The translations under genes were made by a program, and so were the position numbers. Shown one piece after another: positions 33,058 to 42,108 of a stretch of DNA of 52,908 bases. The notes under the pieces are model-generated. The model saw only the letters and a list, made by a program, of their open reading frames with translations. It searched no databases and was not told the origin of the DNA. The stretch lies in IMG/VR virus record IMGVR_UViG_3300013426_000006; one strand, written 5' to 3'. Origin of the DNA: a virus. Each line of letters opens with the position of its first letter. The first letter of the stretch is position 1.

Positions 33058-33483
33058 ATGACAACAGCAAAATATTTATCACAGATTAAAGAATTTAACA
33101 TTAAGATTGACAGGAAGATCGCAGAAATATATCGACTTAGAGAAATTTCAACATCAGCCAATAATGCTGCTAACACAGAAAAAGTACAGACTTCAATTAA
33201 ATATGATAAATTAGGGGATTCAATAGTAAAAATTGTAGATGCAGAAAAAGAGATTGATCGATTAATTGACATTTATATTTCTAAAAAGCGAGAGATTATA
33301 AATCAAATAGATCAAATAGAAGATATTGAGCAATACGAAATATTACATTTATATTTTGTGGAAGGATATACAATTAAGGAATGTGCAAAATTCAAGGATT
33401 GTAGTATTAGAAAAGTAAATGCAATTAAGGCAAATGCAATGAAAACATTTGAAAAAATGTTCGGAAGATTATATTATGCGTAA
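33058..33483 (+). CDS. sigma-70 region-4-like / DUF1492-like phage transcription regulator
   Basis: C-terminal ILHLYFVEGYTIKECAKFKDCSIRKVNAIKANAMKTF. Confidence 0.5.
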   Translation: MTTAKYLSQIKEFNIKIDRKIAEIYRLREISTSANNAANTEKVQTSIKYDKLGDSIVKIVDAEKEIDRLIDIYISKKREIINQIDQIEDIEQYEILHLYFVEGYTIKECAKFKDCSIRKVNAIKANAMKTFEKMFGRLYYA

Positions 33484-33607
33484 AATTGCGTACATTTGCA
33501 CTATTTTGCACACATGTGCATATTGTTTCATTATTAAACGTATAGTATAGTTAGAATGAAAATGTTGTCTAAAGACATTTCGATTTCTTCATATTAAAAT
33601 CCTTGGA

Positions 33608-33640
33608 AAAGCATCGTTGAGATATCACGGTGCTTTTTTA
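33608..33640 (+). terminator. hairpin plus T-run between the regulator and portal genes
   Basis: AGCATCGT...ACGGTGCT followed by TTTTT. Confidence 0.55.
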
Positions 33641-33683
33641 ATGCGATTTTACGCACAAACAATAATTATTTAGGTGGTTATCT

Positions 33684-35261
33684 ATGCAGACAATAGGCAG
33701 AATCAATATTACAACGGATGTTCCTTATATTGACGAAACGAATGTTGTAAGTGTTTTACGTAAGGCATATATCCAACATACGATAAATGCTAACAGAATT
33801 GAATATTTGCTTCGGTACGACGCTGGAGAGCAGCCACTTACAAGAAAAAAGACTGTAAGAACAGACATTGATTGCCAATGCGTAGATAACGTGGCAAACG
33901 AGATTACGGAGTTTTGGAACTCTTATATGTTCGGCACAACGATAAATTATGTTCAGACAGCTAACAATGACGACGAAGAAATCTCAGAAGCTGTCAAAGA
34001 ATTAAACAGACAGTTGGCACTTGCCGGAATCAGCAGCAAAACAACAGAAATTGGAAGATATGTGACTATCGGAGCTGTTGATTGCGTCTACATAGACATC
34101 AATTCACAGTACAAGCCGGGCAAGAGCTTTGTTTCGTATAATGTCCTTGACCCTGCAACGTCATTCATTGTGAAGTCCGGCTATTATCCCGATAAACGCC
34201 CGATGATGGGCGTTACATATCGACATGATATGGAAACCGGCAATAATTACTTTACCTGTATTACAGACGATAAGAGATACGAAATTATAAATCTCCAAAA
34301 AATTACAAATGGAGATATAAAGCAGGGTGAAGTATGGAAACACGCCGAACGAAGCGGAGAAAAGAATCCATACGGAATTATTAATATAGTAGAGTGGTAT
34401 CGGTCACATGACAGAATGGGTGTGTGGGAAAGACAAATATCCGAAATGGATAATTTGAATCTGCTAATATCGGACTTTACAAACGACGTAGACCAGAACA
34501 CGCAGGCTATATGGCATGGAAACGACATTGAATTTCCAAACGAAAAAATCATACTTGAAGATGGCACAGAAAAAGAAGTAACCAAAAAGCCGCAATCCGG
34601 CGAATGGGTACTTACATATACATCAAAAGATGGTTCTAAGCCATCTATCAATCCTCTTGCGGTTGATTATGATTATCCGGGAATGCTTAACAACATTCTA
34701 TATCGTAGACAGTTGATATTGCAGAAGTGCAATGTTCCACAGCGAAATGATAACAGCGGTGGTAGTACAGGTGTCGCAATGTCTGATGCTACAGGCTGGT
34801 CGCAAGCAGAAACGGCGGCATCTAAGCAACAGATGATTATTGATTCTATTAAAATGCAGGAAGCAGAAGTTATCCTTGCAGTTATAGATAAATCGCCTGA
34901 CATTCCGCAGGATAGCCCATTAAGAAAGCTCACACTTGCAGATATCGAACCAAGTATTAAGCGACAAAAGACATATGAGATGTCGACGAAGGTTAATTCG
35001 ATTGCGACATTGCTTAGTCACGGATTTAGCCTTGAGGATTCTTTGAATGGCGTACCGTTCTTCGACGACAACAACGAAGTGTGTACAAGAAGTGGTGATA
35101 TGGTTCGCAGATATCAGGAATCTATCGTGAACACATCTACCGGTACTCAATCAGAGGGCGGAGAAGGGGAGAAATCCCCAAATTCTGGCAGAACCATGCA
35201 AGACTTATCAGACCAGATAAGCAACAGCCCAATGATAGATAAGGCAAGGACTGATAAATAA
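33684..35261 (+). CDS. portal protein
   Basis: 525 aa, located between TerL and the head morphogenesis gene. AGGTGG RBS. Confidence 0.8.
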   Translation: MQTIGRINITTDVPYIDETNVVSVLRKAYIQHTINANRIEYLLRYDAGEQPLTRKKTVRTDIDCQCVDNVANEITEFWNSYMFGTTINYVQTANNDDEEISEAVKELNRQLALAGISSKTTEIGRYVTIGAVDCVYIDINSQYKPGKSFVSYNVLDPATSFIVKSGYYPDKRPMMGVTYRHDMETGNNYFTCITDDKRYEIINLQKITNGDIKQGEVWKHAERSGEKNPYGIINIVEWYRSHDRMGVWERQISEMDNLNLLISDFTNDVDQNTQAIWHGNDIEFPNEKIILEDGTEKEVTKKPQSGEWVLTYTSKDGSKPSINPLAVDYDYPGMLNNILYRRQLILQKCNVPQRNDNSGGSTGVAMSDATGWSQAETAASKQQMIIDSIKMQEAEVILAVIDKSPDIPQDSPLRKLTLADIEPSIKRQKTYEMSTKVNSIATLLSHGFSLEDSLNGVPFFDDNNEVCTRSGDMVRRYQESIVNTSTGTQSEGGEGEKSPNSGRTMQDLSDQISNSPMIDKARTDK

Positions 35262-35887
35262 TGGATTTTGAAGAATTAAACATAATATCAAAAAAACAGA
35301 GGTTGTCCATTGATTATGAAACATATTTTGGAGAGATGGATTTAACTCAAAAACAAAAGGAGCAACGTATCTCATTGGCAAAAAGGTTGGAAGATGATAT
35401 GTTGTTTTTCTTTGCTTTGATTTCTATTCTAAGACAATTTGAATACGAAGATATGCAATTTGCCATTGAAAGCCTTGAAAACAGATATCGAGCCACTTTA
35501 GGCACATATATGGACATAGATGATTATTTGTCGGACTATATCAAAGAATTTGCCAATTACACTATGGATGTGACACAAAGACATTTAAACGATGAATGGT
35601 ATTTGTCGCAGGACAGGGCAATGCTCATAGCAGAGAACGAAGCAAATACAGATTGTAATTATTCTGAATACCAACAGGCTATTGCAAACGGAGCAAAGCA
35701 GAAAACATGGTTAACTATGCGAGACAAGCGCGTAAGACACACTCACATGAAGGTTGACGGGAAAACGATACCTATTCAATCGGTATTCTTAGTTGGAGAT
35801 TCGGAATTTTTGTTTCCAAAAGACCAGACATTTTCACCAAGCGCAAATGAAGTAGCCGGATGCAGATGTTCAATTAAATATTTATGA
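35261..35887 (+). CDS. head morphogenesis protein (SPP1 gp7 / Mu F-like)
   Basis: TWLTMRDKRVRHTHMKVDGKTIP motif. Confidence 0.7.
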   Translation: MDFEELNIISKKQRLSIDYETYFGEMDLTQKQKEQRISLAKRLEDDMLFFFALISILRQFEYEDMQFAIESLENRYRATLGTYMDIDDYLSDYIKEFANYTMDVTQRHLNDEWYLSQDRAMLIAENEANTDCNYSEYQQAIANGAKQKTWLTMRDKRVRHTHMKVDGKTIPIQSVFLVGDSEFLFPKDQTFSPSANEVAGCRCSIKYL

Positions 35888-35892
35888 TTTTT

Positions 35893-35921
35893 AGCCATTA
35901 GGTTTTACCTAGTGGCTTTTT
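35893..35921 (+). terminator. rho-independent terminator
   Basis: AGCCATTAGG-TTTTA-CCTAGTGGCT followed by TTTT. Confidence 0.65.
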
Positions 35922-36002
35922 ATATGCCCTAGAGAAAGGGCAATACAAATTTCGCAGAAAGTTAGAGAAAACTTAAATCGCAGAAAGAAGAGGTAAAAGA
36001 TT

Positions 36003-36575
36003 ATGGCAGATGTAAACGCAACAACACAGGCACAAGAGTTACAGACAGAACCAACAGAACCAACAACACAACCGACAATTGAAGAACTTATGGCACAGCT
36101 TGCAAGTGAGAGAGCCGAGAAGGAAAAGTATAAAAATGCTTCCGACAAGGCAAGTTCCGAAGCGGCAAACTACAAGAAACAGTTGCGTTCTAAACAAACA
36201 GCAGAGGAGGCAGAAGCAGAAGCAAAGGCAGAAGCTGAACGACTTCAAAAAGAAAAGTACGAGGAAATGAGCAAAGAACTTGACCACATTAAAGCGGTTT
36301 CGGCATATAAAAACATTTCTACGGAAGATGCTGTTGAAAATTTAATTGATGCTGTTGCGGACGGGGACCATTCTGCCATTGCAGCAATCATCCAGAAAGA
36401 AATAAAAACAGCGGTAACAGCCAAAGAAGCTGAATGGATGAAATCAAGGCCACCTATTAATGCAGGTGGAGGAGAGAACGCAATTTCCAAGGAACAGTTC
36501 GACAAGATGAAGTACCAGGAAAGAGTTGAGTTTAAGATTAAAAATCCGGAGCTTTATAAGAAGTATACGGAGTAA
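36003..36575 (+). CDS. scaffolding protein
   Basis: Charged, coiled-coil, A/E/K-rich, 190 aa, directly upstream of the capsid gene. Confidence 0.7.
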   Translation: MADVNATTQAQELQTEPTEPTTQPTIEELMAQLASERAEKEKYKNASDKASSEAANYKKQLRSKQTAEEAEAEAKAEAERLQKEKYEEMSKELDHIKAVSAYKNISTEDAVENLIDAVADGDHSAIAAIIQKEIKTAVTAKEAEWMKSRPPINAGGGENAISKEQFDKMKYQERVEFKIKNPELYKKYTE

Positions 36576-36594
36576 TTTATGGAGGTAAAAAATT

Positions 36595-37611
36595 ATGCCA
36601 CAAACAAAGTTAGCGAATTTAGTAGACCCAGAAGTAATGGCTGATATGGTATCAGCTAAGCTCCCAAAGAAAATTAAGTTTTCACCTATTGCAAGAATTG
36701 ATACAACGTTAGTAGGTAGACCCGGAAGCACAATCGTTGTTCCAAAGTACGCATACATCGGCGACGCAGAAGATGTTGCAGAAGGCGCTGCAATGGGTAC
36801 AACTGTACTTACAGCATCTACAACAGAAGCAAAGGTAAAGAAAGCTGGAAAAGCTGTAGAATTAACAGATGAATCTGTTTTATCTGGATATGGCGACCCT
36901 ATGGGTACAACTGTAAATCAAATTGCAATGTCAATTGCAGCAAAGGTCGATAATGATTGTTATGATGCTCTTTGCGATGCACCGATCCAGTACGATGGAA
37001 CTGCTGCAAATATCAGCTATTCTGCTGTTGTATCGGCTAACAGCAAATTTGATGATGAATCAGATGCAGCACTAACAAAAATTTTGTTTATTAACCCAGC
37101 GCAGGAAGCCACATTGTTAAATGATGCAGACTTTAAATCAAATGACAAGTACCCACTTAATGTAATTATGAGAGGAACAATTGGCTCTATTGCAGGTGCA
37201 CAAGTTGTTAAATCAAAAAAGGTTAAACTTGTTAAATATGAAAAGGATGAGGCAGGAACAATTACAATTGTTGCAGATACAGTAACAGAAGATGATACAA
37301 AAAAGCATCTTTCAACAATTCTTCCAAATTTTGTAGGAAAGCTTGCTGTAGGAGATAAGGTTAAAGCTGTAACAACAAATTATTATGCCTGTCCGCTTGT
37401 AATTGTGTCAGCAGAAGATCCTAACGAAGATTCCAGTGCTGATGGTGTTTCGGAAGAGGAAAGCGCACTTACAATTTACATGAAAAGAAATGTAGAGATT
37501 GAATCAGACCGAGATATTCTTGCTAAAACAACTGTTATTTCTGGTGATGAGCATTATACAGCAGTATTAAGCAATGATTCAAAAGTTGTTCTTGGAAAAT
37601 TTAAGGCGTAG
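36595..37611 (+). CDS. major capsid protein
   Basis: 338 aa after the scaffold gene. GGAGG RBS. N-terminus LANLVDPEVMADMVSAKL is typical of the capsid family. Confidence 0.8.
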   Translation: MPQTKLANLVDPEVMADMVSAKLPKKIKFSPIARIDTTLVGRPGSTIVVPKYAYIGDAEDVAEGAAMGTTVLTASTTEAKVKKAGKAVELTDESVLSGYGDPMGTTVNQIAMSIAAKVDNDCYDALCDAPIQYDGTAANISYSAVVSANSKFDDESDAALTKILFINPAQEATLLNDADFKSNDKYPLNVIMRGTIGSIAGAQVVKSKKVKLVKYEKDEAGTITIVADTVTEDDTKKHLSTILPNFVGKLAVGDKVKAVTTNYYACPLVIVSAEDPNEDSSADGVSEEESALTIYMKRNVEIESDRDILAKTTVISGDEHYTAVLSNDSKVVLGKFKA

Positions 37612-37628
37612 TAAAGGGGTGGTTGTAT

Positions 37629-37895
37629 ATGCTGTTAAGGCGACACAAAATTAACGCAGCTACGCATTGTAACGTAGAAGCTGAAAAAGAAATTCAAAAA
37701 GCAACATACGGCAATGAACTTAAATACGAAAAAGAACCGGATAAATTTTCGTGTTCTTCTTATACAAAAACAAGCATTAACCGTATGACTACCGAAGAAT
37801 TGCGTTGGCTGGCTTTAGAACAAGGAATTGAAAATGCTGGAGAAATCAGCGGCTCAGAGTTAAAAAAGATTCTTATTGAAAAATTTGAATTATAG
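37629..37895 (+). CDS. Rho-N/SAP-like domain protein
   Basis: MTTEELRWLALEQGIENAGEISGSELKKILIEKF. Confidence 0.45.
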   Translation: MLLRRHKINAATHCNVEAEKEIQKATYGNELKYEKEPDKFSCSSYTKTSINRMTTEELRWLALEQGIENAGEISGSELKKILIEKFEL

Positions 37896-37906
37896 GAGAT
37901 TTAAAC

Positions 37907-38275
37907 ATGGATGAAAAAACAATATTAGAACAAGTAAAAATTCGATTACTGCATTATTCTGTGGATGAAGAGACTTCTGATATTGTTTTCAATCATGTTC
38001 AAGAAAATCCGCTTTTGCAACAGCTTATTAAGCAAGCCATATCTGCTATCAAAACAGAGAGGCATTATGAGAATAATCCAGATATATATACCGAAGAAAA
38101 AGTCGAAGATGACTTGAAACGATATGAGAACAATGTTGTTGATTACGTTGTCTACTATCGTTCACAAGCAGGAGAAAGCTTCATGAAGAGTTATTCAGAA
38201 AATGGTGTATCAAGGTCGTGGATTGATTCTGGCAAGCTGTTTGCAGGAGTGACAGCAATTTCTAAGATTGTATAA
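37907..38275 (+). CDS. head-tail connector (gp6-like) protein
   Basis: Size and position after the capsid gene. Confidence 0.45.
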   Translation: MDEKTILEQVKIRLLHYSVDEETSDIVFNHVQENPLLQQLIKQAISAIKTERHYENNPDIYTEEKVEDDLKRYENNVVDYVVYYRSQAGESFMKSYSENGVSRSWIDSGKLFAGVTAISKIV

Positions 38276-38381
38276 AGAAGATTGTGCGTTATCGTGTTTG
38301 CGGTGCAGATGCGGTAGCAGGCGGTGTGCATCAAGGGTGGTGGGCGGCACACCAACTAATAAGAAAGGCGGTATATGATTG

Positions 38382-38702
38382 ATGACTATTGAGATATCAA
38401 CAGCAATCATTATAAGCGTGTTATCACTTGGTTTTTCCGTCTTTATGGGATTGAAGAACAACAAAAGAACAGATACTAAAGATGTTGAAGAACGCGTAAA
38501 AGAAAACACGCGAATCAACATGAAGCTTGATGCAATTTCCAATAACACTACGGAAATCAAGAATGAAGTATCTGAAATGCGAAAAGAAATCAATTCGCAC
38601 GATAATCGAATTATTAAAGTTGAGGAAAGTGCAAAACAGGCACACCACAGACTTGATACGATTGAAGAGAGATTAAATGGAAGGCTAAATGGGAAGGAGT
38701 AA
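38382..38702 (+). CDS. XhlA-like membrane/coiled-coil lysis-associated protein
   Basis: N-terminal TM AIIISVLSLGFSVFMGL followed by a coiled coil ...HRLDTIEERLNG. Confidence 0.5.
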   Translation: MTIEISTAIIISVLSLGFSVFMGLKNNKRTDTKDVEERVKENTRINMKLDAISNNTTEIKNEVSEMRKEINSHDNRIIKVEESAKQAHHRLDTIEERLNGRLNGKE

Positions 38703-38707
38703 TTGAT

Positions 38708-39019
38708 ATGCAGGAATTATTAAGCAACGCAACAATTTTACTTGCGGTAGTTGGCGGTTTGGCATTTATCGTGTCAGTAATTACACAGGTGATTAAGGGC
38801 ATATTCAAGAATGTTCCGACAGACTTAGTAGTATTTGTGCTGTCAATCACTCTTACAATAACGGCATTTATTGCGTATATGCAGTACATCAAGGCAAAAA
38901 TACTATGGTACATGATTGTAGCGTCCGTAATTGCCGGATTTATTGTGGCATTTGTCGCTATGTTTGGATGGGAAAAACTATCAGAACTATGGAAGCGTTT
39001 CGGTAAGGATGTGAAGTAA
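38708..39019 (+). CDS. holin-like protein (3 TM)
   Basis: 103 aa with three hydrophobic helices and a charged C-terminus WKRFGKDVK. Confidence 0.55.
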   Translation: MQELLSNATILLAVVGGLAFIVSVITQVIKGIFKNVPTDLVVFVLSITLTITAFIAYMQYIKAKILWYMIVASVIAGFIVAFVAMFGWEKLSELWKRFGKDVK

Positions 39020-39501
39020 TGTCTTTAGAAATCAACAAGCAAAAAATGATGTATTCACTTAGCCTTGGATTGCACCCACAGTATAGACGAGATGATGACG
39101 GAAATATCATCTATACCGGATATACAGACGATGATGGCGTATTTATTCCTTATTTGGATGAAGATGGCAATAAGATACCAGAAGTAACAGGAGAACCGAT
39201 TGAAACATACACGGAACCTGTTATTTTTTATTCGTCTATTAGCAACAAACTAAGCGAAGCAACCGCTAAGGAGTTTGGTATTGATGATTCAACCAACTAT
39301 GCACAGTTAGTCACAGACAAAAACACATTTCCACTTGTGGAAGGTGCGCTGATTTGGAAGCGGTCGGAAGTTGGATATAAGGATAACGACAAGACAATCA
39401 TTGATTCAACGTCGGCAGATTACATCGTCAAGGGCGTAGCAGACGAAGGATTAACAGTTGACCTTTATCTGTTGCGTAAAAATGTGAAGAATGCAGAGTA
39501 G
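39019..39501 (+). CDS. hypothetical head-tail joining protein
   Basis: Position only. Confidence 0.3.
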   Translation: MSLEINKQKMMYSLSLGLHPQYRRDDDGNIIYTGYTDDDGVFIPYLDEDGNKIPEVTGEPIETYTEPVIFYSSISNKLSEATAKEFGIDDSTNYAQLVTDKNTFPLVEGALIWKRSEVGYKDNDKTIIDSTSADYIVKGVADEGLTVDLYLLRKNVKNAE

Positions 39502-39509
39502 GTGATGGC

Positions 39510-40049
39510 ATGGTGAGAAAAAAGACAATCAGTATGAACTGCCTGTCTCAATCGAGCATCCAAAACGCGATAAAACAGCTTAGAGACTATCAGAATAGTT
39601 TGACATATAAATGTCAAATGGTCGCTCAAAGGTTGGCTGAAAAGGGCGTAGAGATTGCAAGAGTGCAGATATTAGACCTTGATGCAGTATTCACTTCTGA
39701 ACTTCTTTCAAGCATTCATTCAGAATATGAAGGAAGCACAAAGGGCGGCGGTGTATGGGCGGTTGTGGCTGGTACAGACCATGCGATGTTCGTTGAGTTT
39801 GGCACCGGAATTGTCGGAAAGCAATCGCCATATCCGGGAAAATTGCCGGACGGAGTGACGTGGAACTACGCAAGTGGAAAAACCATACGTCAGTTAGCGG
39901 ATGGTAGATATGGGTGGTTTTATCCGGGTGATGATGGAAATTGGTATTTTACAGAGGGTATGCCAAGCAGACCATATATGTATTACACATCACTTCAACT
40001 CATGAAATTGGTTGGAAAAACTGTAAAAGAGGTATTTAAGAATGGTTGA
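39510..40049 (+). CDS. HK97 gp10-family tail/head-tail component
   Basis: HAMFVEFGTG motif. Confidence 0.55.
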   Translation: MVRKKTISMNCLSQSSIQNAIKQLRDYQNSLTYKCQMVAQRLAEKGVEIARVQILDLDAVFTSELLSSIHSEYEGSTKGGGVWAVVAGTDHAMFVEFGTGIVGKQSPYPGKLPDGVTWNYASGKTIRQLADGRYGWFYPGDDGNWYFTEGMPSRPYMYYTSLQLMKLVGKTVKEVFKNG

Positions 40050-40479
40050 CAATACATGGGCGTATGAGAACGAAACAAAGGTTTTGGGTATTCTCAACTC
40101 GTATGCCATTCCGAATTTAAGAAAAAAATTTCCAGACATGAAATGGCAGGAAGGTGTCACAATAACAAACATTGAAAGCAGATTGTCAAAACCGACATTT
40201 CCGACCATATATGTTCACGAATTGCCCGGAACAGAGCAAGGTCGGACATTGGACGGACAGAATATTAATGGTGTTTTAACCACGTTTGAAGTACAGACTT
40301 TTACAAACACTTCACAATACGATGCAAAAATCATGCTTACGATAGTAGCAGACGTATTTAAGACTACGAGATTTGAGGTAACATCAATGCCCGAATTTAA
40401 GTCAGACGGAACAGTATATAGAAGCGTTGCGAGATTCAGAAGAATACTCGGAGCAAATGATAGATTGATGGATAAATAA
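40042..40479 (+). CDS. putative tail terminator/completion protein
   Basis: Position only. Confidence 0.3.
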   Translation: MVDNTWAYENETKVLGILNSYAIPNLRKKFPDMKWQEGVTITNIESRLSKPTFPTIYVHELPGTEQGRTLDGQNINGVLTTFEVQTFTNTSQYDAKIMLTIVADVFKTTRFEVTSMPEFKSDGTVYRSVARFRRILGANDRLMDK

Positions 40480-40535
40480 TTTAAGAACCTGTTTCGGGTT
40501 CTTTTTTATGTATATTTTTAAGGAGGTAAAAAAAG

Positions 40536-41024
40536 ATGGGAGCAACAGGTAACGTAGCCGGTGTAAGTACACTCGGCGTTAGATTTTGTTACGCACCGGA
40601 AACTGTAGCAGGCACAAAACCAACAACAGGATGGAAAGAATTAAGCCGTATCAACACTATTGCAGGAATTTCGGACGAGCCACAGGCTATTGATGCGTCT
40701 GCATTGAGCGACAAAAAGACAAGAAACATCCCAGGACGAGACACGGTTTCCGACACAATGGCCGTAACAGTAAATAAGACTGATGACACAATCGCGGAAT
40801 GGAAAGAATGCATTCAGATTTATCAGGCTTTAACAGGCGGTAAACGTATGTGGTTCCAAGAGATCACACCGGGATTGACAAACGCAGAGTTTTATGTTGC
40901 GGCACCGCCAAGCGGACTTCCTAAGACTGCAAAAGAGCAGAATGGACTTCTTACAATGGAGATTCCTCTTGTTGTTGATGAAATGATGGACGATGCAGCC
41001 GTCATTGAACCGGAGGGGGAATAG
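40536..41024 (+). CDS. major tail protein
   Basis: 162 aa. Strong RBS AAGGAGG. Directly upstream of the chaperone pair and the tape measure gene. Confidence 0.6.
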   Translation: MGATGNVAGVSTLGVRFCYAPETVAGTKPTTGWKELSRINTIAGISDEPQAIDASALSDKKTRNIPGRDTVSDTMAVTVNKTDDTIAEWKECIQIYQALTGGKRMWFQEITPGLTNAEFYVAAPPSGLPKTAKEQNGLLTMEIPLVVDEMMDDAAVIEPEGE

Positions 41025-41198
41025 TTAGTCACTCATTGGATTCACATACCGCAGTAGTGAGTGACGAAGAATCGAATGCGGTAAACAGCTATTCATCAAC
41101 ATACGATGAATAATGAAACATTGAACAGAAAGGGCGGGCTTCGGTCTGCCCCTTTCCTATGTCTTTCACATAGGAGGAAAGGTAAAAGGTATTAAAAT

Positions 41199-41690
41199 AT
41201 GAAAACAATTACAGTTGATGGAAAAGAATATAAGTTAGAGTTTGGTTTCGATGCAGTAGAAGTAGGAGACCTTATTCAGAAAATGTTTGAAGTAAAGTCC
41301 GGAATGTATATTATTCGTTCTGCACAGGCAGGCAATAGTCTTGCAGTAGCTACACTTGATGGTACAAGTCAGTTACTTGCAACAATTCCTAAGATTTGCG
41401 TTCTTGCTATTTATGCAGGATGCTTAGAGCATAACCCAATTTCAATGGATGAAGCTAAAACACTATTTAAGAAATATATGAAGCAGAAAAAAAAGTCTTG
41501 CACAGATGTATACAATGAAATAATTTATCCTTGCATGGAAGATGATGGTTTTTTCTTGATGAGCGGAATCAACAAGATGATAGATTCCATGAATCAAGCG
41601 ACAGAGGAAGCAGAAAAGATAATACAGGGAGAGGGGGGAAAAGTGATTCTACAAGACCACAAGAAAAGTTCAAAACCATCCACGAAGTAA
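41199..41690 (+). CDS. tail assembly chaperone (gpG-like)
   Basis: Lies upstream of the TMP and contains the slippery site near its 3' end. Confidence 0.7.
   Translation: MKTITVDGKEYKLEFGFDAVEVGDLIQKMFEVKSGMYIIRSAQAGNSLAVATLDGTSQLLATIPKICVLAIYAGCLEHNPISMDEAKTLFKKYMKQKKKSCTDVYNEIIYPCMEDDGFFLMSGINKMIDSMNQATEEAEKIIQGEGGKVILQDHKKSSKPSTK
41636..41642 (+). promoter_or_regulatory. programmed -1 ribosomal frameshift heptamer G GGA AAA
   Basis: X XXY YYZ in the zero frame of 41199... The -1 frame is open from before 41582 through to 42064. Confidence 0.7.
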
Positions 41691-41722
41691 TTTGGAAAGG
41701 CTTTTTTCCATCTGCATATTCT

Positions 41723-42064
41723 ATGGGAATTTCACTTGAAGAATTTAAGCACATGAATCCGAGGAAGTTGGAATATGTAAAAGATGGATATGTCAAGAGA
41801 ATACAACAAATTGACGCTCTTAATTGGCTTAATGGTAGATATACCATGCAAGCCGTTGCTGTTGCAATCGAAGCAAATTTCGCTAAAAATCCTAAAGGAG
41901 AATACATCGAACGACCATTTCTTAACCGAATTGAGACAGAAGAAGAAAGAATTGAGAGACAGCGTAAAGAGTTTGCATTGGAAATGGCAACGATGCGAGC
42001 AAATTTCAATATAAGAAAGCAAAGAGCGCGATTAAAGAATAATACAGACGACGGTACAACATAG
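41723..42064 (+). CDS. gpT-like extension ORF, expressed as a G-T fusion via -1 frameshift (41199..41642/41642..42064)
   Basis: Lies in the -1 frame relative to 41199... No convincing RBS of its own. Confidence 0.6.
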   Translation: MGISLEEFKHMNPRKLEYVKDGYVKRIQQIDALNWLNGRYTMQAVAVAIEANFAKNPKGEYIERPFLNRIETEEERIERQRKEFALEMATMRANFNIRKQRARLKNNTDDGTT

Positions 42065-42108
42065 TTTGTGCCGTCTTTTTTACTATGTGACAGAAAGTTG
42101 GTGGAATC

